Translations under genes and position numbers: made by a program
Part shown: positions 46,985 through 55,177 of the stretch, one piece after another
Numbering within the stretch: position 1 is the stretch's first letter
How the letters are laid out: each line of letters opens with the position of its first letter
Notes under the pieces: generated by a model
What the model saw: only the letters and a program-made list of their open reading frames with translations
Told to the model about the DNA's origin: nothing
Database searches by the model: none
Origin: an uncultured Granulosicoccaceae bacterium
GTDB taxonomy: Bacteria > Pseudomonadota > Gammaproteobacteria > Granulosicoccales > Granulosicoccaceae
DNA: 61,669 nucleotides
Assembly (NCBI GenBank): GCA_964389335.1
Contig: CAYMFQ010000002.1
Location: 18,212 to 79,880 of the forward strand
Reading direction: 5' to 3'

Positions 46985-47926
46985 ATGATCTCGCAACAGC
47001 GACTCACGTCGACAGATCAACACCTGCACGCAGTCCTGGCACAGCTAGACGATATTGTGATCGGTAAGCCGATGCAGGTAAAGCTGGCACTGGCGGCAAT
47101 GCTGGCCGGTGGCCACCTGCTGGTCGAAGACCTGCCCGGTGTCGGCAAGACAACCCTGGCGCGCGCACTTGCATGCACACTCGGGCTCGACTGGACCCGC
47201 ATTCAGTTCACCAGCGATCTGCTGCCCTCTGATATAACAGGGCTGTCGATTTACGATGTTAAAGATCAACAATTCCGATTGCATCGCGGACCGGTTTTCA
47301 CATCACTGGTGCTGGCAGACGAAATCAATCGCGCACCGCCAAAAGCACAGGGGGCGCTGTTGGAGGCAATGGAGGAACAGCAGGTAACGATAGATGGAAT
47401 CAGCCACCAGCTGCCAAATCCGTTTTTTGTTGTTGCTACTCAAAATCCCCAGGAACAACTCGGCGTTTACCCGTTGCCAGAATCACAACTGGACCGGTTT
47501 ATTGCCTGTATCGAGCTGGGCTATCCGGACGCGTCCGCTGAGCGCACACTGCTTGAGCACGGTGATCGCCGGGCCCTGTTCGAAACTCTTGATGCGGTTG
47601 CCGGTGCCGAACACATCACATTCTGGCAGGCGTGCAGCGGGCAAATTTTTACCGCCGCCCCGGTACTCGACTATGTACAGAATTTGCTGACGCAGAGCCG
47701 CGCGATGGCACTGGATGGTGCCTGCGCCAACGGACTAAGCCCGCGCGCCGGCCTGGGCCTGCTGGCGATGGCCCGGGCATGGGCACTGCTGCACGGGCGC
47801 GAAATGGTCATCCCCGAAGACATACACAGTATTTTCCCGAGTGTCGCCGCACATCGGCTGGCAGGCTCACTGAGACAGGGCCAATCACTGACCCATGACC
47901 TGCTAAATACAGTAGCTGTCGCCTAG
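46985..47926 (+). CDS. MoxR-family AAA+ ATPase
   Basis: Walker A is LPGVGKTT, and Walker B with the following region reads VLADEINRAPPKAQGALLEAMEE. ATG at 46985 gives the typical ~313 aa. Confidence 0.9.
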   Translation: MISQQRLTSTDQHLHAVLAQLDDIVIGKPMQVKLALAAMLAGGHLLVEDLPGVGKTTLARALACTLGLDWTRIQFTSDLLPSDITGLSIYDVKDQQFRLHRGPVFTSLVLADEINRAPPKAQGALLEAMEEQQVTIDGISHQLPNPFFVVATQNPQEQLGVYPLPESQLDRFIACIELGYPDASAERTLLEHGDRRALFETLDAVAGAEHITFWQACSGQIFTAAPVLDYVQNLLTQSRAMALDGACANGLSPRAGLGLLAMARAWALLHGREMVIPEDIHSIFPSVAAHRLAGSLRQGQSLTHDLLNTVAVA

Positions 47927-47929
47927 CAA

Positions 47930-48928
47930 ATGACCACCACCGTTGCGCTGCAGAGCGCCCGCACCAAAAAGCAATGGCGCCAACGGCTTTTCCGCTCAAA
48001 CGCTGACGACACCCTGCCGGTCACCATTCGCCACGAGCGCATCTATATCTTACCAACACGACGCGGTATGGCTTTTCTGGGCGTAGTGTTGATCATGATT
48101 CTGGCATCGATGAACTACCGCCTGAACCTTGGCTACGCGCTGAGCTTCATTATGGTGGGGTTGTTCGCCTCCAGTCTGTTGTCGACCTACCTAAACCTGG
48201 TCAAACTAACCTTTCACAGTGTTAAAGCGATTGACGCATTTGCCGGAGAGCCACTGGTGTTTGAGGTGGCGCTTAGCGAACCCGGTATTCGCAGACGCCA
48301 CTCCGTTGAAGTGAGTACCGCTGACAGCCACGATCGACTCGATATTGGCAAGACCCGGCAGGTGACTGCACGTCTGCGGGTGACCGGTGCGCAGCGCGGC
48401 ATCCATCGACTGGGCAGAATCACGTTATCGAGCGACTTTCCTCTGGGGTTGTGGCGTGGCTGGGGCTATGTCCATCCGGAGAGCATCGGCTACGTCTATC
48501 CAAAGCCTGAAACTCCGCCGGCTCCGTTTCAGAGTAAGGGTACAGGACAACAGGCCGGACAACGGCAGGCTGACGAACGCGAATTCAAGGAGCTGCGCAC
48601 TTACCAGATTACAGATCCCCCTGCGTCAATTGCATGGAAGGCAGTTGCTCGTGGCGGTGAATGGTATAGCAAGGCGTTTGAAGCACCGGCCAGCGACAGC
48701 TGTGACATAGAAATTAAATGGCGCGATATTGACAACAACCTGTCTGCAGAAAAACGCCTGTCGCGGATGTGCGCATGGATTATCGAAGCAGACAGACTGG
48801 GGCTGCCCTACGAATTTCAACTGCCGGGTGTTGACGCGGGTCAGCGACGCAGCTTTAACCAGCGACAGGCCTGCCTGCGTAAACTGGCATTGTTTGACAC
48901 AGCCACATCGCTGACCGAGCGCGTATGA
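47930..48928 (+). CDS. DUF58-domain protein (vWA-like, MoxR partner)
   Basis: Two N-terminal TM segments and the DUF58 core EFKELRTYQITDPPASIAWKAVARGGEWYSKAFE. The start is 4 nt after the moxR stop. Confidence 0.8.
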   Translation: MTTTVALQSARTKKQWRQRLFRSNADDTLPVTIRHERIYILPTRRGMAFLGVVLIMILASMNYRLNLGYALSFIMVGLFASSLLSTYLNLVKLTFHSVKAIDAFAGEPLVFEVALSEPGIRRRHSVEVSTADSHDRLDIGKTRQVTARLRVTGAQRGIHRLGRITLSSDFPLGLWRGWGYVHPESIGYVYPKPETPPAPFQSKGTGQQAGQRQADEREFKELRTYQITDPPASIAWKAVARGGEWYSKAFEAPASDSCDIEIKWRDIDNNLSAEKRLSRMCAWIIEADRLGLPYEFQLPGVDAGQRRSFNQRQACLRKLALFDTATSLTERV

Positions 48929-50985
48929 CAACCCGCACTGCAGGGATGGCAAGGAAACGCCACGACGACGACAAGCGAATACCCTCGGGTAAAGACAGTT
49001 CTGCCAATCTGTCACAACAGACATTTTCTCTGCTAGGCATAACCGTACTGGTAACGCAGTTGCCGCTGCTGTTTCATCTGCCACTGCTGCTTACATTGCC
49101 GGGTATGTTGCTTGCGCTCGTTACACTGTTGCCGCAACTACGAGCCAAACTAACCATACTACCCGCGCTAATGACGCCGCTGGTGTTGCTGTCCGCGCTG
49201 GCAGTTATTTTGTACTACGGTAATTTCTTCTCACGCGATCCCTGCGTTGTATTTCTTTTTTTACTGATCAACTTTAAGTTCATTGAAACCAAACGGATCA
49301 ATGACGCCAGTCTGATCATCGTGCTGTGTGCTTTTTTGTTGTTAACCCAGTTCTTCTATTGGCAGACTATTGCCGCTGCGGTACTGGCTATTCCATCGAT
49401 GTTCCTGATTGGCTTATCGCTGTTCTCATTGCAGCGCGGAGCCAACAGCATGTCATTGCGAGACATGACCAATGTTACGGCCCGACTGTTTTTACAGGCG
49501 ATACCCATTGCAGCGGTATTGTTTGTCACGGTGCCGCGACTGCCTGCATCCGGCTACGGCGCCCATGGTGGTGACGGCTCTGCCGTTACCGGACTGTCGT
49601 CGTCAATGGCCCCCGGCACAGTCGCAAGCCTCGCACGCTCGAACGCGGTCGCATTTCGAGTCGACTTTGACGGTCAGCCACCGTCGGCAGCACAACGCTA
49701 CTGGCGTGGTCCGGTGCTAAGCGGGTTTGATGGCTACGAGTGGTTTATCAATGACACCGTTGCCCAATTCGAAATACCCGACACGCGGGACAAAACGCCC
49801 ACATCAATAAGCTATACCGTGACCGTCGAACCCACCAGCAATCCCTGGCTGCTGGCGCTTGATACGCCAACAGCGTTACCAGTCAGCGGAAGCGGCAGAG
49901 GCCGCCCGCGGGTGGTTGGTCATATCAACCACGAGCGACAAATAAATGCGACTAGACAGCACGCAGGGGCCTATCGATACCGCATGACATCGCGTCTGAC
50001 CGATCGCTTTAAACCACTGACAGTGCCCGGTGCCGAGATGATGTTTACCGGCAACTCCAATCCGCAAACACGCCAGTACGCAGCGCAGTTACGCGAGCGT
50101 TATCCCGATGACAGGCAACTCATCAACCAGGTACTGCTGTGGTTTAATCGAGAACCGTTTCACTACACCCTGCAACCTCAACAGCTGGGCGTAAACGGTA
50201 TCGACGAGTTTTTGTTTTCAACTCGTCGCGGCTTCTGTGAGCACTATGCCGGTAGCTTTGTATTTATGTTGCGCGCCGCAGGCATACCCGCTCGAGTCGT
50301 CACCGGTTACCAGGGTGGAGAGATGAACGGCGACTACATGATTGTGCGTCAGTCAGATGCACATGCCTGGGCCGAAGCCTATGTCGATGGTCAGTGGCAG
50401 CGCTACGATCCCACGGCATCAGTTGCCCTTGAGCGAGTCGAAACCGGACTCGACGCCGCACTGGGCGATGAAATGAACGGGCTGCGGGACCAGTTGTCCA
50501 GGCTGCCTCTGGTCAGATCACTGACACTGCAGTGGGACGCGATTAACTACAAGTGGCAATCGTGGGTCATTGAGTTCGATTCACGCCGACAGCAATCGCT
50601 CTGGCAAACGCTCGGCCTGCACAAACCGAGTGGCTGGCACATCGCAATAATGCTGGTGCTGGTTGGAGCGCTGTGGACATTAATTATTGTTTTACCCGGA
50701 TCCATTATCCGCCAGCGCAATCTGGACCCGTGCGAAAAACAGTGGCGCAGGCTACTAGCACGACTGGCAGGTCGCGGCATGGCAAAGCAACATCAGGAGA
50801 CTCCAACGCAGTACATTGGACGAGTGTCGCAGCGCTGGCCGGAGCACGCCAACACGCTGCAGTTATTGCTGGAGGCCTATCACAGCGGGCGCTTTAGCAG
50901 CGCCTCGCAGAAGAGAAAGGATCAGGATCAGTACGCTCGTCAGATGCATCGGCAACTGGCGAAAATCGGCCGGTTAACAACCTGA
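48925..50985 (+). CDS. tgpA: transglutaminase-like membrane protein (TgpA-like: DUF3488 + TGase core + DUF4129)
   Basis: A multi-TM N-terminus and a Cys-His-Asp core (RRGFCEHYA, SDAHAWAE, RYDPT). ATGA overlap with the DUF58 gene. Confidence 0.85.
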   Translation: MTTRTAGMARKRHDDDKRIPSGKDSSANLSQQTFSLLGITVLVTQLPLLFHLPLLLTLPGMLLALVTLLPQLRAKLTILPALMTPLVLLSALAVILYYGNFFSRDPCVVFLFLLINFKFIETKRINDASLIIVLCAFLLLTQFFYWQTIAAAVLAIPSMFLIGLSLFSLQRGANSMSLRDMTNVTARLFLQAIPIAAVLFVTVPRLPASGYGAHGGDGSAVTGLSSSMAPGTVASLARSNAVAFRVDFDGQPPSAAQRYWRGPVLSGFDGYEWFINDTVAQFEIPDTRDKTPTSISYTVTVEPTSNPWLLALDTPTALPVSGSGRGRPRVVGHINHERQINATRQHAGAYRYRMTSRLTDRFKPLTVPGAEMMFTGNSNPQTRQYAAQLRERYPDDRQLINQVLLWFNREPFHYTLQPQQLGVNGIDEFLFSTRRGFCEHYAGSFVFMLRAAGIPARVVTGYQGGEMNGDYMIVRQSDAHAWAEAYVDGQWQRYDPTASVALERVETGLDAALGDEMNGLRDQLSRLPLVRSLTLQWDAINYKWQSWVIEFDSRRQQSLWQTLGLHKPSGWHIAIMLVLVGALWTLIIVLPGSIIRQRNLDPCEKQWRRLLARLAGRGMAKQHQETPTQYIGRVSQRWPEHANTLQLLLEAYHSGRFSSASQKRKDQDQYARQMHRQLAKIGRLTT

Positions 50986-51000
50986 GTGTAACAACGGTCT

Positions 51001-51951
51001 CTAACAGGCTTCGGCTGCCAGCTCCATATCGCTAAAGGCCAGAAGATTATTGGAGCGGCGCAGATCTGAACCCTCGACGTCGGTATCCACACGCAGATAT
51101 TCGCGGCAACGTCTGACAGCTGTATCGCGCCAGTGCTCGGCCTCGCGCAATTCGGGAAAAGTAATGCCGGCACTGACCAGACCACCGTTCAGCAGCAGAC
51201 TGTCGCTGCCATCATTCTTCTTAAGTAGCCGAGCCTGATCGAATATAGAGCGCAGCATAAGCAGCTTGCGGCCAGTATTAAAATACGGCGACTCGTAGAA
51301 CATTCCAAAAGCAGGTATCCAGCTTACACGCAGACGCAGTGCTATCTGCTTGCTCGACCATATATGCGGTGCATCCTCAACGTTGGCAGTTGCATCGTTA
51401 TCACTTACCCACGCGGTAAACTGCTGCGCAAACGCTTTCGCATAGCGCTCATCACCCGTGCATTCATAGGCGCGGCCCAGCAGTGGCCACCAGCTATGTC
51501 TGTTGATGCGATAGAGCCATTCACGGTTTTGCAGAATGTTCTTTTGCCAGTCGATCTCGCCAAGCCGATTTAGCTCCGGTGGTACACCGCTCCACTCCAG
51601 ATCAAAATCGAGCACCTGATCGGCGCGGGCCAGCAGTTCCTGCTCGGACGCCTCTTCAGTGTTGAACGCCAGATCGTTGAGCCACGCCGGTGGTTGCAGC
51701 CAGTCTTCCTTGGTTCTGTCATGGAAATGCTGAACCAGCGCCGCAGTCGACTTGATGTTAAAGCGATTATCGATACGTGCGTTTACCGACGGGATATCAA
51801 ACAGCGACAGGAACTCAGCGTCATTGAGTTCGCGAACACTCTTATACTTTTTGCGAAAGTAACTACCCAGATTTGAAAGTAAGTACAGACCCTTGCCGGA
51901 TACTTCTGCCCCATCACACTCCGGCCCCGTACTCGCTTTTGTTGTTGTCAT
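51001..51951 (-). CDS. heparinase II/III-family N-terminal (alpha/alpha toroid) domain protein; C-terminal domain absent
   Basis: WQKNILQNREWLYRINRHSWWPLLGRAYECTGDERYAKAFAQQFTAWV matches the heparinase II/III N-domain pattern. The ORF stops where the beta-sandwich domain would begin. Confidence 0.5.
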   Translation of the reverse strand: MTTTKASTGPECDGAEVSGKGLYLLSNLGSYFRKKYKSVRELNDAEFLSLFDIPSVNARIDNRFNIKSTAALVQHFHDRTKEDWLQPPAWLNDLAFNTEEASEQELLARADQVLDFDLEWSGVPPELNRLGEIDWQKNILQNREWLYRINRHSWWPLLGRAYECTGDERYAKAFAQQFTAWVSDNDATANVEDAPHIWSSKQIALRLRVSWIPAFGMFYESPYFNTGRKLLMLRSIFDQARLLKKNDGSDSLLLNGGLVSAGITFPELREAEHWRDTAVRRCREYLRVDTDVEGSDLRRSNNLLAFSDMELAAEAC

Positions 51952-52229
51952 TTTTATTCCGAATTCAAGATACAGCGTTGGATTTCTTTATTTGTTTTTT
52001 CTACCGATACCAGAGCACCCGATGCGCATACCCACATCGACTCAATACTCTCTCGCCACTTTTACCTCTTCACCGGCGCGAGAATACTGCTTAACGGAAA
52101 CCCAAAGCGGAATTGACCCATGCTTTTGGACGCTTGTAATAACCTGTCATCCGAATTGTGATCCACCACAAAGACACTGCTTGCAACTGTTTCAGGTCTG
52201 TATACGGAATTTCATTATTGCGCCAAACC

Positions 52230-52255
52230 AATGACGTTAAGAACGTCATTTTTCC
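52230..52255 (+). terminator. orphan intrinsic-terminator-like hairpin in a 584-bp intergenic region
   Basis: aatgacgtt-aag-aacgtcatt is a 9-bp perfect stem running directly into a ttttt tract on the + strand. No annotated + strand gene lies upstream. Confidence 0.55.
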
Positions 52256-52535
52256 TCACTCTGCCTCGGTAGATTCTCTGCTTTGCCAAAGACAAGCAGG
52301 TATCCCCTGTGTTGGCATAAACGCCGGCAACCTTTTTACACCAGTTGAGTCGCGTCAAACATACATCACTCCGTTTGGTAACAAATCAACCTGCTTAATT
52401 TTCACAATCTTCATTGACGGGCACATGACAGCGGTCTAAACCTTGCACTACGTCACATAAAGCATCAGACCTGCCCTTCAGGTCACATATTTTTCAAACG
52501 GTGCTGACGTATCCAAAGGTGTAATTTCAGTAACT

Positions 52536-53951
52536 ATGCAGAATCTCCACGACAAATTCGTTGCCGGATCACAGGAGTGGTGCGCACTGCCGCAGTTAGA
52601 TGTTGCGGCCGTAAAAGCCCGCGTTGACTCCGGCGCTAAAACCTCGGCTATACATGCGTTTAACATCGAGCCGTTTACTCGCAATTCCGATCAGTGGGTA
52701 AGGTTTGATATTCATCCGTTGCAAAAGAGTCGACGCGCTACCATTCGCTGTGAAGCACCGATCATTGGTCGGCGCGTCATAAGAAGCTCAAACGGCGCAA
52801 CTGAAAAAAGATTTGTCATTCGCACCCCGATGACACTCAACGGCCGAACCTGGGACATTGAGTTGACCCTTGCCAATCGCGATGCCATGGGCTTCAGAAT
52901 GTTGCTGGGCCGAGAGGCAATGAGCGGACGCATTCTGGTCGATAGTGAAGCGGAGTTTCTTCTTGGCGATGTCAGTGACGAAGACATCGAGATGCTGTAT
53001 GGCAAGTCGTCACCCAATCGTGCCGATGGATTGAAGATCGGCCTGCTAGCGAGCGACCCGACGCTATACAGCAATCGACGATTGCTGGAAGCCGGCGAAA
53101 AACTCGGCCACGAAATGAGCTTCCTGAATATCAGGCAGTGCTACATGAAGCTCGACGCCGACAACCCCGCTGTGCACTATCGCGACGGCCGGGTATTAAA
53201 TAACCTCGATGCGATTATCCCTCGCATCAGACCATCCAACACATTCTACGGCTGTGCTATCACCAGGCACTTTGAAAGTCTTGGCATACTGTCTTTAAAT
53301 ACCGCCGATGCTATAACGCAGTCACGCGATAAACTCTACTCACTGCAACTGCTGCAAAAGCAGGGGCTTGATATTCCAATTTCAGGCTTTGCAAGCTCTC
53401 CCAACGATACTGACAACCTGATCGAGATGGTTGGCGGTGCGCCATTAATCGTAAAGCTGCTGGAAGGAACACAGGGTCGCGGTGTGGTACTCGCAGAAAC
53501 CACCAAAGCAGCCGAGAGTGTTATAAACGCCATGAAATCACTCCGTGCCAACCTGCTGGTGCAGGAGTACATCGAAGAGGCAGCAGGTAAGGATATTCGA
53601 TGTTTTGTCATTGACGGCAAGGTGGCTGCATCGATACAGCGCAGTGCTGCACCGGGGGAATTTCGCGCTAACCTGCACCGCGGTGGCGAGGCGACGCTGA
53701 TAGAAATCAGCCCCGAAGAAGAAAGCCTAGCGATCAAGGCGGTTAAGTCGCTGAAACTGGATGTTGCAGGAGTCGATATTATTCGAAGTCGACGCGGACC
53801 CCTGTTGCTGGAGGTTAATTCCTCACCAGGTCTGGAAGGTGTTGAAGCTGCAACCGGTCAGGACATTGCCAGCAATATGATCAGGGCTATAGAGAAGCAG
53901 CTTAAGTCAGAAACCGACACTGCACCTCAGGTAGAACAGGACGTTGCCTGA
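52536..53951 (+). CDS. rimK: fusion of a RimB-like (DUF785, retropepsin-like) domain and RimK ATP-grasp alpha-L-glutamate ligase
   Basis: The N-terminal ~150 aa (EWCALPQLDV..VKARVDSGAKTSAIHA...ANRDAMGFRMLLGREAM) are DUF785-like. The remainder is RimK-like (KIGLLAS, PLIVKLLEGTQGRGVVL, LLVQEYI, DIRCFVIDGKV, AGVDIIRS...LLEVNSSPGLEG). Confidence 0.85.
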   Translation: MQNLHDKFVAGSQEWCALPQLDVAAVKARVDSGAKTSAIHAFNIEPFTRNSDQWVRFDIHPLQKSRRATIRCEAPIIGRRVIRSSNGATEKRFVIRTPMTLNGRTWDIELTLANRDAMGFRMLLGREAMSGRILVDSEAEFLLGDVSDEDIEMLYGKSSPNRADGLKIGLLASDPTLYSNRRLLEAGEKLGHEMSFLNIRQCYMKLDADNPAVHYRDGRVLNNLDAIIPRIRPSNTFYGCAITRHFESLGILSLNTADAITQSRDKLYSLQLLQKQGLDIPISGFASSPNDTDNLIEMVGGAPLIVKLLEGTQGRGVVLAETTKAAESVINAMKSLRANLLVQEYIEEAAGKDIRCFVIDGKVAASIQRSAAPGEFRANLHRGGEATLIEISPEEESLAIKAVKSLKLDVAGVDIIRSRRGPLLLEVNSSPGLEGVEAATGQDIASNMIRAIEKQLKSETDTAPQVEQDVA

Positions 53952-53990
53952 GCTGGCCACCGCAGCAAACCTCTCTAATTAAGCGGGTAA

Positions 53991-55136
53991 CTACACCTGA
54001 GACAGTGCCTGCTGCAGATCGTTGAGCAGGTCGTCGATGTGCTCGATACCAACCGATAACCGCAACAGATTATCCGGTATCGCATTTTCCTCCGGCTCCA
54101 GTGTGTGACGGTGCTCGATCAGTGTCTCAACTCCGCCCAGCGACGTTGCACTGGTGATTAACTGCAGGCGGCCGGCCACCGCCAACGTGGCTTCGGCGTC
54201 GCCCCTGACTAAAAAGGACAACAGACTGCCATAGCCACCCTGCATCTGTTTGCTGGCAACTGCATGCCCCGGATGATCGGGCAGCCCCGGGTACAATACC
54301 TCCTGCACAGCGTCGTGCTGTTGTAAAAACTCGGCTATTGCCATGGCGTTTTTCATCGCCGCTTCAACACGTACGAATAATGTGCGCATGCCGCGCAGCA
54401 ACAACCACGACTCAAAGGTTCCCGGCACCGCACCCGCCCCGGCGCGCTCAGCGCACACGGCTTGCCACAGAGGATGATCGTCTGCAGTAACAACGGCACC
54501 GGCAAGTACATCACTGTGCCCGTTCAGCGCTTTAGTTGCAGAGTGAACAACCAGATCGGCACCAAGGTCCAGCGGTCGGGTGACCACGGGGGTACTGGTA
54601 GTACTGTCCACCACCAGCATTGCATCGGCCTCGTGCGCCACGGCGGCTGCCGCCGCTATATCAGTCACCTGCATCATCGGATTAGCCGGTGTTTCAACCC
54701 ACACCAGGCTGGTTGCATTGTGGCGCTCAACAGCGTCTTTGACAGATTCGATACTGGCAGGCTGATACCAGCTCAAAAAGATATCCTGGCGCTCACAGTG
54801 CTGTACTATCCAGCTTTTCGCTCCCCAGTACATGGAGTCGGGGATTACCACGTGGCTGCCTGGCTTCAGGGTATAAAAAATTGCCGCTATTGCTGCCATA
54901 CCCGATGCAAACAGGCGACATTCATCACCATTTTCAAGCTCTGCCAGTACACGTTCCGCATGCACGAACGATGGACTAGTGTCCCGTGCATAGCTGTGCG
55001 CCGGATCAATCAGTTGATAGCGATCATCTCTGGCAAACGTGGTCGACGGTTGAATCTCCGGCACAATGGCCCCGGTATTCACATCGAGAAAATGGCCCGC
55101 CTTGGCGGCAACAGTGGCTTTGTCAGTAGTGTCCAA
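53991..55136 (-). CDS. Cys/Met-metabolism PLP-dependent enzyme (cystathionine gamma-synthase/beta-lyase family)
   Basis: The PLP-Lys motif is VVHSATKALNGHSDVLAG, with family-typical ends (TGAIVPEI..STTF, SLGGVETLIEH). TTG start. Confidence 0.85.
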   Translation of the reverse strand: MDTTDKATVAAKAGHFLDVNTGAIVPEIQPSTTFARDDRYQLIDPAHSYARDTSPSFVHAERVLAELENGDECRLFASGMAAIAAIFYTLKPGSHVVIPDSMYWGAKSWIVQHCERQDIFLSWYQPASIESVKDAVERHNATSLVWVETPANPMMQVTDIAAAAAVAHEADAMLVVDSTTSTPVVTRPLDLGADLVVHSATKALNGHSDVLAGAVVTADDHPLWQAVCAERAGAGAVPGTFESWLLLRGMRTLFVRVEAAMKNAMAIAEFLQQHDAVQEVLYPGLPDHPGHAVASKQMQGGYGSLLSFLVRGDAEATLAVAGRLQLITSATSLGGVETLIEHRHTLEPEENAIPDNLLRLSVGIEHIDDLLNDLQQALSQV

Positions 55137-55177
55137 TATGCGGTCTCAAATTACTCAGGCAAAAGAAGGCAGTTTAA

